This document shows positions 31,844 to 45,915 of a stretch of DNA of 64,000 nt, piece by piece. A program made the position numbers and the translations under genes. Under the pieces are notes generated by a model. That model searched no databases. It worked only from the letters and a program-made list of their open reading frames with translations, and was not told where the DNA came from. Each line of letters opens with the position of its first letter. The stretch's first letter is position 1. Source of the DNA: the human T2T-CHM13v2.0 reference genome, Homo sapiens; assembly GCF_009914755.1 (NCBI RefSeq), contig NC_060945.1, one strand, 5' to 3'.

Positions 31844-34303
31844 TGTGCCTTTATTTTAATTGAATTTGAAATACTTTCTATTTTTTTGACACATGGATTA
31901 TTGTGTTATTTATGTACAAATATGTGGATATCTCCTAGAGAATTTTTTATGAATTTCTAATTTAAATCTATTGTGGTTATATTGCAGGACATATATTGTA
32001 TGATTTCAATGCATTTAGATACATTGAGAGTTATTTTATGGCCTGCTCACTTGATTTGATTCTGTTTTCTCTCTGAGTTTCATGTAAGACAGTTTTTCTT
32101 GCTATAAACCTTTGAACCTCTCTTTTTAGGTCCACAAACCTTTCATTTTGCAGTGTATAATTTGCTGTAATACCACCGAGGATATTTTTCACTTACCCAA
32201 TTGCTTTTATCACTACAAGTTCTGAGTCTGTTTAATGGCATCTATGTGTCTTTGAACATATGAGGTAGAGTTGTATTTGTTTCCATATGCTTGTCCGTTA
32301 ATTCTAAAACCTCTGTCCGTTCTGCATTCATTTTGATTGATTGATTTGTCTCTATTAGTAGTCATATTTCCCTGCCTCTTTATATGTCTGATGATTTTTA
32401 TTAGATTTCAGTTACTGTGAATTTTATCTGGGTAATTGATATTTTTATATTTTATAAATATTTTCTTCTAGGAAGTGGTCAAGTATCAGGGGAGTCATTT
32501 GATCCTTTTTGTCTTTTTGGAAGAGTTTTAGGCAGAATTGGCACAGTGCTCAGTGTAGGGCTAATTATTCTGCACTATTGAGGCAAGACCATTCTGTGAC
32601 CTCTACCCAACGCAACATGATTCATGAGGTTGTCTGGGATGCTTGGTGGAAACATCACTATTCCCAGCCCTCTTACCATTAATCCTTTAGGTGATTTTTT
32701 TCCCTAGCCTTGGATTGTTTTCTTACACTTGAGTGCTAATCAGTATTCTGCTGAGCACTTGACAGGGAAACTCTACAGGTTCCCAAATTTCTCTTTAAAC
32801 TTTGCAGTTCTATAATTACCAGTACTCAGCCCTACAAATGTTAGGTCCTCTGTTCCTCTCCGACTGTCAGTTCTGTTTTCTCAATTCAGAGAGAACTCTG
32901 GTCTCCAACTGGATTAACTTTTCTTCACCGTGGCCTCAGAACTGTCATAAAGCAGTAACCATGGACAACCATAACGCTCCCCTCATTTGCTTCCCATTTC
33001 TGAAGAATCACTACTCTTTGTTGCTAAATTTTTAGTGCCTTAAAAATTATTGTTTTATATTATTTTAGTTTTTTGTTGTTGTTATTTTAGTCAGGAGGGT
33101 AAATCAAGTCCTCTTTTCTTCATCCTGACTGAAAGCAAAGTCTCTGATAGTAGTATTATCAAATACATTAAATTTTGAAATAATTTTGTATACTTTATTA
33201 AAACTTTGAGATTTAATCACTTTGAGATTATTACAATGTAATATATATGCCCTAAGAACTGTGGGGAAACTTCAAGTAATTTAATATAGACAATTCTGTT
33301 ATCTGAAAATTCTGAAACCAAACATTTAAGTGAGAAGCAAGAAGAAAACTCAATACAGCACAAAGTAGAGTATAATAAGTTTTGTTTTGTTCTTCACTTT
33401 AGCTTTTTGGATATACGTGCTCTAAAATAAAGTGTTTTGTTTTTCTATTCCAATTTTAGTATAATGCTTAATGCCTGAGAAAAAACTGGATAGATTACAA
33501 GCAAAATAGAACCTTAGCTTGGAGAAGGAAATCTTGATAAACACTTTTATTATTTTTATTTTTCTGAGACAAACATCTTAACTCTTCTTTAAAAATTGGT
33601 TAGTGGTACTTAACTGATGAAGAGGGCTCTCAAAATAGAGGAAAACAGTTATCCTACCACTGTGAACATTTTTCTTTCATACAGTGCAATGTAACTTTTT
33701 TCACTCTTTTTAAAAATTAAAATAAAATTCAAAGTCATTACCATTAGTTAGAACCACGGGAAATAGCCTCCCAGTCAGACAGATGGCTCAACAAGCTTCT
33801 TAATGATGGTATTTTCCATTCTGGATTTCTCCACATAGAGACCAAAAAGGAAAACAAAGCAAAAACCCCAGGATATCTGATTCAAAATTGGAATAGAAAA
33901 TTTCAATAAAGAATAAGAAACATTGGCATGTATTTCAGAATGCACTTTAGAATCATTTCTTGCCTGCCCGTTTCCACCTTATTTCAGGTCTTCATTACTT
34001 TTCATATGAATTCTGTACTAGCCTTCTAGGTATTCCCAATTCCTGACATTCACAGCTCCAAATTGTTTTTCAAACTTCTGATAGCATAAGTTTCACATGG
34101 CCCAATTTCCATAACTTTCAAGTCCCTGTGTATAAGCATTCAAGGTGGATTGATTTAATTGTCACAGCTAATCAAAATTTAATGCCTGTTTTTAAGAAAC
34201 TTGTCTTCAACTTTCATCTAAACTTGTTTGTTCTTTATCTCCAAAATAAGCCACTAGTCTACTCATGTCGGACTTAATCTAACAGCCCTATTAATTACCC
34301 CAC

Positions 34304-36728
34304 TGATATGGCTTGGATCTGTGCCTGTACAAATTGCAATTCCAATTATAATACCCAGTGTTGGAGGAGGGGCCTGTTGGGAGGTGGTTGTATTGTATGG
34401 GGCAGATTTCCCACTTGGTGCTTTTCTCATGATCCAGTGAGTTATCATGAGATCTCGTTGTTTCAAAGTGTGTAGCACCTCCCCCACCCCTCTCTCTTGC
34501 TCCTACTCTGGCAAGTAAAATGTCCCTGCTTCCCCTTCACCTTCTGCCATGATTGTAAGTTTCCTGAGGCCTCCCCAGAAGTCAAGCAGATGCCAGCGTC
34601 ATGCATCTTGTCCAGCCTGCCAAACTGTGAGCCAATTAAACCTCTTTTCTTTATAAATTACCTGGTCTCAGGTATTTCTTTATAGCAATGAGAGAACAAT
34701 TCAATACAAAAAATTGGTATCAGGGGTGGAGTATTTCTATAAAGATACCTGAAAACATGGAAGCATCTTTGGAACTGGATAACAGGTAGAGGCTGGAAGA
34801 GTATGGAGGGCTCAGAAGAAGACAGGAAGAAGAGGGAAAATTTGGAACTTCCTAGAGAGTTGTTAAATTTTTGTGACCAAAATGCCAATAGTGATACCAA
34901 CAATGAAGTCCAGGCTGAGGACGTCTCAAATGGGAATGAGGAACTTATTGGGAACTGGAGCAAAGGACACATTTGTTACACCTTGGCAAAGACCTTGGTT
35001 GGATTGTTCCCCTGCCCTAGGGATCTGTGGAACTTTGACCTTGAGAGTGATGATTTAGGGTAACTGGCAGAAGAAATTTCTAACCATCGAAGTGTTCAAG
35101 TTGTGACCTGGCTATGTCTAACAACTTATGCTAACATGAGTGAGCAAAAAAATGACCTGAAACTGGAACTTATATTTAAAAAAGAAGCAAAGCATACAAA
35201 TTTGGAAAATTTACAGCCCAATAGAAAAGAAAAGTCTGTTTTCAGGGGAAGAGTTCAAGCTTGCTTCAGAAATTTGGATAAGTAAAAAGGAGCCAAGTGC
35301 TAATATCCAGGACAAAGGGGAAAAGGCCTTGAAGACATTTTAGGGACCTTCAGGGCAGCCCCTCCCATCACAGGCCTGAAGATTTAGAATGAAAGAATGG
35401 TTTGGGGTGCCAGGTCCAGTGCCCCACTGCCCTGAGCAGCATAAGGACATCACTCTCTGTGTGCCCACTGCTCTAGTCTCAGCTGTGGCTCAAAGGGACC
35501 CAGGCACAGCTTGGACCACTGCAAACCATAAATCTTGATGGCTTCCATGTGGTGTTAAGCCTGCAAGTGCACAAAATTTAAGAGTTGAGGCTTGGGAGCT
35601 TCTGCCTCAATTTCAGATGATGTATGGAAAAGCCTGGATGTCTAGACAGAAGCCTGCTGCATGGGCAGAGCCCTCATGGGGAACCTCTATGAGGGCACTG
35701 TGGAGGGGAAATGTGGGGTTGGATCCCCCACATAGAGTCCCCACTGGAGCACTGCCTGGTGGTGCAGTGAGAAGAGACCCATCATCCTCCAGACCCCAGA
35801 ATTGTAGACCCACTGGCAGTTTGCACCCTGCACCTGGGAGAGCCACAGGCATTCAACAACAGCCCATGACAGTAAACATGAGGGCTGAACCCTGAAAAGC
35901 CATAAAGGTGGAGCTTCCCAAGGCCTTGGGAGCTCACCTCTGGCCCCTGTGTGTCCTGGATGGAGACATGGAGTCAAAGGAGATTATTTTGAAGCTTTAC
36001 GGATTAATAACTGCCCTGCTGGGTTTCAGACTTGCATGGGGCCTGTATCCCTTTTGATTTGGCCAATTTCTTCCTTTTGGAACAAGAGTATTTGCCTAAT
36101 GCCTATAGCCCCATTTTATCTTGGGAGTAACTAACTTTTTTTTTATTTTTTTTATTTTACAGGCTCATAGGCCAACGGGGCTAGCCTTGTCTTAGATGAG
36201 ACTTTGGACTTTGGTCTTTTGAGTTAGTGCTAGAATGAGTTAAGATTTTGGGGGACTGTTGGGAGGGTATGACTGCATATTGCAAAGTGAGAAAGACATG
36301 AGATTTGGGAAGGACAATGGATGGAATGATATGGTTTGGATCTGTGTCCCTGCTCAAATCTCAGTCAAATTATAATCACCAATTTCAGAGGTGGGGCCTG
36401 GTGGTAGGTGGTTTGATCATGGGGGCATACTTCCCCCTTGGTGCTGTTCTCATGATATGGGTGAGTTGTGAGATCTGGTTGTTTAAAAGTGTATAGTACC
36501 TCCCCTGTCTCTCTGTTGCTCCTGCTCTGGTTATGTAAGATGTGCCTGCTTCCTCTTCACCTTCTGACATGATTGTAAGTTTCCTGAGGCCTCCCCAGAA
36601 GCCAAGCAGATGTCAGCATTATGCATCCTGTACAGCCTGTGAAGCCATGAGCCAATTAAAACTCTTTTCTTTATAAATTACCTAGTCTCAGGTGCTTATT
36701 TATAGCAATGCAAGAATGACCCAATACA
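34304..36728 (+). mobile_element. Complete MSTA-type MaLR element: 5' LTR 34304-34708, internal 34709-36326, 3' LTR 36327-36728
   Basis: Two homologous tgatatgg...aataca LTRs, MaLR internal sequence, TSD cccac/gccac. Confidence 0.93.
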
Positions 36729-36849
36729 GCCACTAACAGATTTGCTCATTCTGTATTCTAGCCGTGCATGCCCTGCTCCTTCTATAAAATCTGAGCCACC
36801 TCTCACATCCCACTTTCTGTGGTATTCACTTACCAAACACAAACCAGTG

Positions 36850-38290
36850 AATCTATCTCTCTTCCAAACAGGCATTCATTTTCTTCTGTTGTTATTTAAT
36901 CATCATCCATAGTATTCCTTACAATAACTGTCCATCACATTTTTCAGCCTATAGGTATAGCGTGCATTTCCCAAACTCCCATCCTCCCATTCCCACTCCA
37001 TTTCAGCAGTTAAGTAGGATTCAACTTCTCACATTCTACTTTAGGGAGAATAGAAGGCATATCCTTTATTTTCCTGTAATTAAACATATCCAGGATCCTT
37101 TGCTACCCTTCTCCCCTCCTATTACTATAGCAGAATTATTCTTCCTGTTACCTAAAGCCAATTACTCCACCTGTGATTGGTTCTCATCCACTCCTATCTT
37201 CTAAGCTATCAATGATCTCTTTTCCCTTTTGATATTTACCTTCTCCTCGGGTGAGTTCCTCTTACTGTCTTAAAATAAAATTTCTCCCATTGTGCTACAT
37301 TTCTGCCTCTCACAGTCCCTTTCTCTATCTACCCTTCTGATCTTCAGACCAGCATATTCAATAAGCTTTTTCCACTCATGTATTTAGATAACTCCAAGTC
37401 ATTTGAAGCTCAGTATGCCCAAAATAAAATTTACAATTTCATACATTCCATCCCACTAAAAAAAAATAATAAAACCCCACAGCTTGTCTATTTCCAGGGT
37501 TTTCTGTCTCAGTAACTATCACCATCAGCAAGCCAGACACTTAGACATCATAATTTATTTTATCTTCTCCCTTTCATTCCATGTAGAGTCCATCAAAAGA
37601 TCTGATCAATTGTGTATCCTAAATACCAATGACATTCACCCCCTTCTCTCCATCTCCACTTCTACCATTTCAGAAAAGCTGCCTTTATTCATGACTCTAA
37701 ACATTTTAATCTGCATTTTCTGTCTACAGCATCCAGCCAAGATCCTGCTAAAGTGTCCAATGACATCTCTATCGCTAAACCAAGGGAAATTTTTGTCTTT
37801 ATCTTGCTTGACCTCTCAGCAAAATTCAGTACTGTTCATGATCCTGTCCTTCTAGAAACACTGTTGATCCTTGTCTTCCATGAAAACTTCTAAATTTTTG
37901 CCTATTTTAGCCTCTCTTTTTCAGTTCTCTTTTTTGACTTTTCAATTTTAACTGGACCATTAAAACTGAAGTTTCATAAGAAGTCTCTCTCTCTCTTTCT
38001 CTCTCTCGATCTTCTCTATTTCTACCATTTCTCATTAGATGATCTTATTCATGACATGACTTCAAAGAATATTTACATACACTACTCCATTATCTTAGCT
38101 CATTAACATCTCCCCTCCTGAAGAAAAGCCTTCTCAATCTTATAGTTAATGTTAATTCCCCTATTAATTACTTTCACACCTTGTATGTTCCTTTATAGTG
38201 CTTACTGTTTTCAATTATAAACTTATTTACATGATTATTCTATTATTATTTTTTACACCATTACACTATTTGTTACATGAGATATAGTTT
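36850..38290 (+). mobile_element. L2 fragments
   Basis: Pyrimidine-rich L2-like pieces such as ccaatgacatctctatcgctaaacc...cttgacctctcagca. Confidence 0.55.
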
Positions 38291-38513
38291 CACATTTTTA
38301 ACGTTCATTTTATTTTTTATTTCTATGCAAAGGTCTTAGAACTATACTTTAAATATAACAAAATCAGAAACTAAAATATTTCCAAATTAGAAAACATTGA
38401 ATGTTCAAATACATAATATTCAATGTACTATATTGGTTATGATTGATAGTCAAGAAACTCTTTACATTTCTAATGTCTATAAAAATTAAGCAAATTTACC
38501 TCATAATACGTAG

Positions 38514-39019
38514 TGTGAAAATAAAATATCTTGGGTGCCCAGAATCACTAAGGAAAACTCAAGCTGGAAAGTGCTTAGGGCAAACCTGCCTCCCATTCTA
38601 TTCAAAGTTATCCCTCTGCTCACTGCAATAGATGCCTATGTGATTGCCTCCTTTGGAAAGGCTAGTTAGAAAGTCAAAAGAATGGAACTCTTTGTGTCTC
38701 ACCTATCTGTGACCTGGAAGCTCCCTCTCCATTTCAAATCTTCCTGCCTTTGCTTCAAGTTGTCCCGCCTTTTCAGACCAAACCAATGTACTTCTTACAT
38801 ATGTTGATGAATGTCTCATGTCTCCCTAAAATGTATAAAATTCATAACCTCGACGATCAGCAAGCTATCCAAAAAATAGGAGGACTATTCCAGACTTTAC
38901 CCCTCACTTCCTCCTCCCTTATTATTGGCAGCCTAGTTGTGTTGCGGGCGCATTCTCAACCTTGGCAAAATAAACTTTCTGAATTAACTGAGACCTGTCT
39001 CAGATTTTCTGGGTTCCCA
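38514..39019 (+). mobile_element. MER4A-type ERV1 solo LTR interrupted by a NUMT
   Basis: tgtgaaaataaa...gggcaaacctgcctcccattctattcaaag...aaccttggcaaaataaac...gggttccca; 4-bp TSD gtag/atag. Confidence 0.88.
38840..38936 (+). pseudogene. MT-ND5: NUMT: mitochondrial ND5 fragment
   Basis: In mitochondrial code reads [32 protein letters not shown] versus recalled human ND5 [32 protein letters not shown]. Confidence 0.93.
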
Positions 39020-40104
39020 ATAGTATTGCTTGCAAAGCAATTACAAAGATGACAGCCTTGATGTGATATATTATTTCCTGTTTTACAGTGTAAATGTTGT
39101 AAGCTGTGACATAGTAAATATGTTTCAGTTATAAGGATCAATACACATTCTCTCACAAGTTAATAAGTAGATGTAATCTGGTGAAAAATTAAGAAATAAA
39201 TGTTTAATTGCATTAAAATGATGGTTTTCCCAAAAAATGATGAGCTAACCCACTTCTGTGCCAGCATAAATTAAATCATAATACTACAATTCTTTTTCCT
39301 TTTTCTCTGCACAATACAATTATTGTGCTCATTGAGCTCTGAGAGCAATTATGGTCAATGAATTTATTTTCTCCATAATAAAGAACAAGATCATATTAGT
39401 ACTTGAGAATTCAATCGGCATAATAGGCCTTTCAGTCAATGTATTCCTTCTCAAGTTGCCTTCTATATTAAGATCTCCTTTATACTTATCACAATAGAAA
39501 AAAATATACATGGCATTTCATTTTAAAGCAACTTTCATCTGCAAAGTCATCTGCTATGAAAATCCTATTGAAACAACACAGTAAGTATCATGTATGTGTC
39601 CTTCTTACTCAAAGGTATATGTAAATGTCTATTTGGAGAAAAAAGTTTGCTTTGAAAGATCGCTTTCCAAAGAGAGCATGTTTTGTCCTTAAAATACTGC
39701 ACTTTTAACAAATTGATAGAATCAGTCACATCCTATCACATCATAGTAGTATAATTTTCTCCCCTTCCCTTCCCTCATTTATGGATCATCTCAGAATTTT
39801 GCATTCTATTCCCCTCTTTCTATCTTTAGAAAAACAATAATACTTGCTTCATTATTAGAACAAAATTAATTTTAGTTGTCAATTTGTGAAAACTAAATGC
39901 TGTGGAAGAAAACCAAAAGAACTGAGAGTAGAATAGCAAGCAAGAGGCAGTTTGTTCTCAACCACCTATTAGCTAAAGTGTCTTTAATCCCTCAGAACTG
40001 TAGTTTGCCTGCATAGAAAGGAATGTTTTATATATGTTATATATGTATAACATGTCTAATTTCATTAGTAAAGATAGAGAAGTTGGTGAAGTAATTAGCT
40101 TTAA

Positions 40105-40410
<306 letters not shown>

Positions 40411-40746
40411 TAGATTTTTTTATTAACCTGCACCATAGATATGCTTTGAGCAAATCTATTCTTCTCTATTTACATTATACCAAAATGTTTTTATGTGGCC
40501 TAATATGGTCTAATATTAATCTGTGTCTTCAAATTAAATACTATCATACATGATGCCTTTTTCTACCAAAAGATCTAAATCTTAAAAATATAATAAATAT
40601 AAATTAAAAAAATAAATGGAGATGGTTTAGGACTTGTTTGGATTCAGTTTAGTTCTACCACTTACTATCTATAACCATAAACATGTTTTATGATCTCTAT
40701 TAATAACTTTACTGTTTATTGTGTTTTCTTCTATATAATAGAGCAT

Positions 40747-40832
40747 TTGAAAATTTAAGAAATATTTAAAAATTTAACAAAAAATTTAACAAAATTTTAA
40801 GAAAATTTAACAAAAAAAAATTTAACAAAAAA
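40747..40832. repeat. AT-rich degenerate tandem of AAAATTTAAC-like units
   Basis: About 7 copies of aaatttaa(c/g) with variable A runs. Confidence 0.75.
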
Positions 40833-40897
40833 TATGGCCAATATGGTAGCTGCTGATCTGATAATTAAATTAATTCCTAAGATCAATAATTTCTATA

Positions 40898-41502
40898 CAG
40901 TCATGTGCCACATAGCCATGTTTCAGTCAACGTTGGACTGCATATGTGACGAGGGCCCCATAAGAGTATAATGAAGCTGAAAAATTCCTATCTCCTGGTG
41001 ATATCAAAGTGCATTTTTTGTTTTCCTTATAAATTTAGTGTAGCCTGAGTGTACAGTGCTTAGAGAGTCTACAGCATGTACAGTAAAGTCCTAGGCTTTC
41101 AGGTTCACTCACTACCTATGGACTCACCCACAGCAATCTCCAGTCCTGCAGCCTCCACTTATGGGGCCTGCCTGTACAGGTGTACCAGTTTTTATCTTTT
41201 ATACCATATTTTTACTGTCCCTTTTCCATGTTTAGGTATGTTTAGACACACAAATGCTTACCATTGTGTTATGATTGCCTATAGTTTTTATTCATAATTA
41301 GTTAATTATTAATTTTTTAATAGCATAGTAGCATGCTGTACAGGTTTGAAGACTAGAAGCAATAGGCTATTCCACATAGCCCAGGTGTGTAGTAGGTTAT
41401 ACCACCTAAGTTTGTGTAAGTACGTCCTATGGTGTTTGCACAATGATCAAATGACCTAATGACACACTTCTCCTCATGTAGCCCTGTCATTGTGATGTAT
41501 GG
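40898..41502 (+). mobile_element. Tigger3b/Golem-type (MER7) DNA transposon
   Basis: TA followed by cagtcatgtgccacat...cccataagagtataatgaagctgaaaaattccta...tttgtgtaagtac. Confidence 0.85.
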
Positions 41503-41796
41503 GTATTTTAATTGAATGATAAAACAAGAGGATACCTCCTTAACAACAGGAAATAAAACACATAAAGGTTATGTCAATAAATTATGCCAGACAAAAATGA
41601 TAAAGTAACATCATTAGGTAAAAATGTTAAATAATCAAAAAGAGGTGTTTTAGTTTTTTGTTTAGTTTAACAAGTATTTATTAACAATGTAATATATAGC
41701 TAGCTTCATACTATGCTACCAGGAGTGTAGAATAAGAAGATGGTAAACTCTTACCTCTGTTAATTATTGAGTTAGAAATGCAATACCTGAGCATCA

Positions 41797-42165
<369 letters not shown>

Positions 42166-42515
42166 TCAGTAAACCTGTGCTCTGGATAGTCATTAGAATG
42201 AAAAATATTTGTTACAACCATCTGAGAAAGTCTCACAATAGAGTTGGGATTTATATAAACCTTAAGAAGTGATTGGCTTAGAAAAAGAAAAGAATACCCA
42301 TCACCAGCAGAACATACAAACAGAAAACCACAAGAAAATATAGAGATGAGAAAATGCATACTGTTTATTGAGTGACAGACCAAAATACACTGTTGTCTAA
42401 AAGAAAACAGGCTTTCAAAAGTAGTGAAAAGATTAGGTTGAACTACTGTGAAATGTCACATGTACTGTTAATATGTTTTTGAACTTTATCTGAAAGGTAA
42501 TGTGAATATTTTTGA

Positions 42516-42815
<300 letters not shown>

Positions 42816-44519
42816 AAAGGCATTTCTATTTTTGTGTTTCACAGTAAGTTTAAGTTAAAAATGTACTAAACACAATAAACTCTATTTTTAGATTGGATAT
42901 TATGCTGAAACTTTGTTTTCCTTAGATTCATTGTATAATCAAAAGATAAGGAAAATGACAAAAAATCTTGGCATTCCCATGAGATTGCTTTTTATCAGCT
43001 GACCATCTGAAGACAGCTGGGACAATAGCTGGCAGTGGATCACCTCTACTTCTGCCTGGCTAAAAATAAATGGTCAGTGAAAATTGCCTAAAACTCTATC
43101 ATAAAGATTTGCTCATTTTCCTAGGCATATTCCTATTACTCTACACTCAGTGCATACTGTTTACTTTTGTGAGTCTTGCTATATTATTATTAAAGTCTAT
43201 GGTGATATATGTTGGCTCATTTAGTTTAGTATCTTAAAGATCAATGTATCTAACTCAGTAATTTTCCCAGTAGCACAGGTATTGACGAATGGCTTGCAAT
43301 AACACAAGGAAATTTTCCTTGAACTCTCACATATTATCATCTCTAAAGGTATTACACACTAATTAGAACCAACCTTCCTTGTTATTTTGTTAACTGGAGA
43401 TCAATTTGCTAATCACTAAATAACAGAAAAGCATGACAGGGATAATACATATTGCCTCTGCCTTATAATCTCCAGACTTGGCTGATGTCTTGGAGCCTGT
43501 CAGGACTTCTGGATTTAGAGCACAGGCTAATGCAGTAGCCTTCATCAACAGGCAGGAGACTTGCCTACTGGAGAAGCATAAAGATGAGCATCTCACACTA
43601 CCACAGACAGGACCTTCTTGAGAAGCAGCACCATGCTCTGGGCTTGCTTTGAATGTTTCTTTCCCATGAGATATGTGTGTACAGCTGGTGCTGGGACTCA
43701 CGAGTCTCTCGCTTTTGGTTAAGTGTCATAAAAAAAGACATATTTTTTTTCTATGCAGATTTGAGAAAGGAAAAAAAACTATATTTATGTTTACTCTAGA
43801 AGATAATTTATCTTTTCTTGGAAAAATTGTAACAATACAAAATTCCCATAGCAGTTTCAAAATGCAGAAGTTACAAAAAAGTGAAATTCCTTATAAAATA
43901 TCCATGTGAATGCCAGAGGCTAATTTTATTCTCTCTCATGGAAACAAAATCTCAAGTGAGCCTAATTTATTAGTTCATTGATGTTGTTACTATCTCAAAC
44001 TAAAAGACAAGGGGCTTTTTCTTTGCAGTAAATTCACCAATATTTTTAAATCATTGGTCAAATGCATTATCTATTTATTTCCAATATACAAGAGAAAAAT
44101 AAAAGATAAAAGTTCTGTGCATTACCAATGTACCCATATTCTATAAGTGAGAAATTGAAGCATAGAATTTATTCATTGTCTATTTAACATTAAGTAAATT
44201 TAATAAAAGCAATTTATTTCAAAAATAATTCTGACTTGGACCTATGTGGTCCATCAAATTTTTCTACTTGCTTTTCTTATGAAACATTCACAGTCTTTCT
44301 GTGTGCTGTTTGTTAAGTATATTTTAGTTTAAGTGTCCTAAAACTGATACTGTTATATTTTCAAATGTCATATTGTAGTATATCAGGAATTTTTTTTTAG
44401 AAATATATCATGGGACTAGAATTATGGAGGAAAAAAAATGGAGGTTTAAGAAAATGTCAATCCTTATAAGTTAGTATTATTAAATTAATATTAAGAATGT
44501 TAAGAAAACATGTGGTTTT

Positions 44520-44815
44520 GGCCAGGCGCAGTGGCTAAACCCCAGTACTTTAGGAGGCCAAGGTCGATGGATCACCTGAGGTCAGGGGTTCAAGACCAGC
44601 CTGGCCAACATGGTGAAACCCCAACTCTACTAAAAATATAAAAATTAGCTGGGCGTGGTGATACACGCCTGTAATCCCAGCTACTCAGGAGGCTGAGGCA
44701 GGAGAATCACTTGAACCAAGGAGTTGGAGGTTGCAGTTAGCCGAGATTGCACCACTGCACTACAGCCTGGTGACACAGCAAGACTTCATCTCAAAAAAAA
44801 AAAAAAAAAAAAAAA
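44520..44815 (+). mobile_element. AluSx-like
   Basis: Full dimer; TSD aagaaaacat(gt)ggtttt. Confidence 0.95.
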
Positions 44816-45033
44816 AGAAAACATGGTTTTAAAGGATTATGGTTGTCATAGGTGAGGAGTCTGAAAGATTGACTGCTTAGTACTTAATTGTGAGCACTAA
44901 CACTGAAAGTTAAAGGAGAGAGACAACAAAATGGGCAAACATAAAAAAAACCTCCCCTGCTGTCTCCTTTCTTAATGATTCTAGATCTTTGTTAGTAAGT
45001 GTGACTTTTTACGCAAGTGCATGGTTTATGGAG

Positions 45034-45577
45034 TACATTAGTCAGGGTTCTCCAGAGAAACAAAACCAATAGAATATATATATAAATACATATATATATA
45101 GAGAGAAAGATTTATCATAAGGTATAATAACAACAGTCTTGCATGATTACCAAAGCTGAGAAGTCCCATGCTCTGCCCTCTGAAAGCTGGAGATGGAGGA
45201 AAGCTGGTGTTGGTATAGTTGGAAGGCCTGAGGGACAGAGAGCTGATGGCGAACATTCCACTCAAAATTTGACTGCCTGAGAAGCAGGAATGAGTGCCAA
45301 GGGCATGAGAAGATTGCTATCCCAATTCAAGCAGTCAGGCAGAGAGTGAATTTAACCTTATTTTGTCTTTTAGTCATTTTCAAGTCCTGAATGATTTGGA
45401 TGATGTAAACTTACATTTGGGCAAATGAAGGGCCATATGCTTTACTCATGCACCAATTCAAATAAATGCTCATCTCATGCTGAAATACCCTCATAGACAT
45501 AGCCAGAAATGATATTTTACCAGCCATCTAGGCATCCATTAGCCTAGGCAAGTTAACATATAAAATTTACTATCACA
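45034..45577 (-). mobile_element. MLT2B/C-type ERVL solo LTR
   Basis: ttagtcagggttctccagagaaacaaaaccaatag...aagttaacatataaaatttactatcaca. Confidence 0.85.
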
Positions 45578-45609
45578 GGAAAAGACTGGAAAAATAATAT
45601 AATCATCAG

Positions 45610-45915
45610 GAAAGGCTTATCTATATAATTTGTCTGGAAATTTTCTTCTCCGGGCCAAGTTGTGCATTGCTTTTTGCATACTGTTACATTGTATCTTTCC
45701 ATGCCACTCTATCCTCTTATTCTGCTTTAATTTCTATTAGTTCAATTCACCCCCGACATAGTATGAAAGTATTTCCTTAGTTGTTTGGTTGTTTATACCT
45801 TCCTCTCATCCACATTAGAAAGTAAACTCTATATTTCTTTGTTCATAGAAGTATGTCAAGAACCAAGAATAGTGCATGGCACACAGTAGGAGCTCAGTAA
45901 ATAAATAAATGAATA
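45610..45915 (+). mobile_element. L2 3' end
   Basis: gcatggcacacagtaggagctcagtaaataaataaatgaat. Confidence 0.7.

Larger units (their letters stand above)
28850..33145 (-). mobile_element. Cluster of old L1M (MC/MD-like) fragments
   Basis: T-rich antisense L1M-like sequence such as ggtcagtctagctag...ctagcttttggtttc; interrupted by microsatellites and an L1PA. Confidence 0.6.

Noticed and set aside
34803-36134. Several ORFs in the MST internal region
   Set aside because: Fragments of decayed MaLR internal sequence with stops and frameshifts.
38750-39052. 100-aa ORF containing an ND5-like peptide
   Set aside because: Chance frame joining LTR sequence and the NUMT; not a gene.
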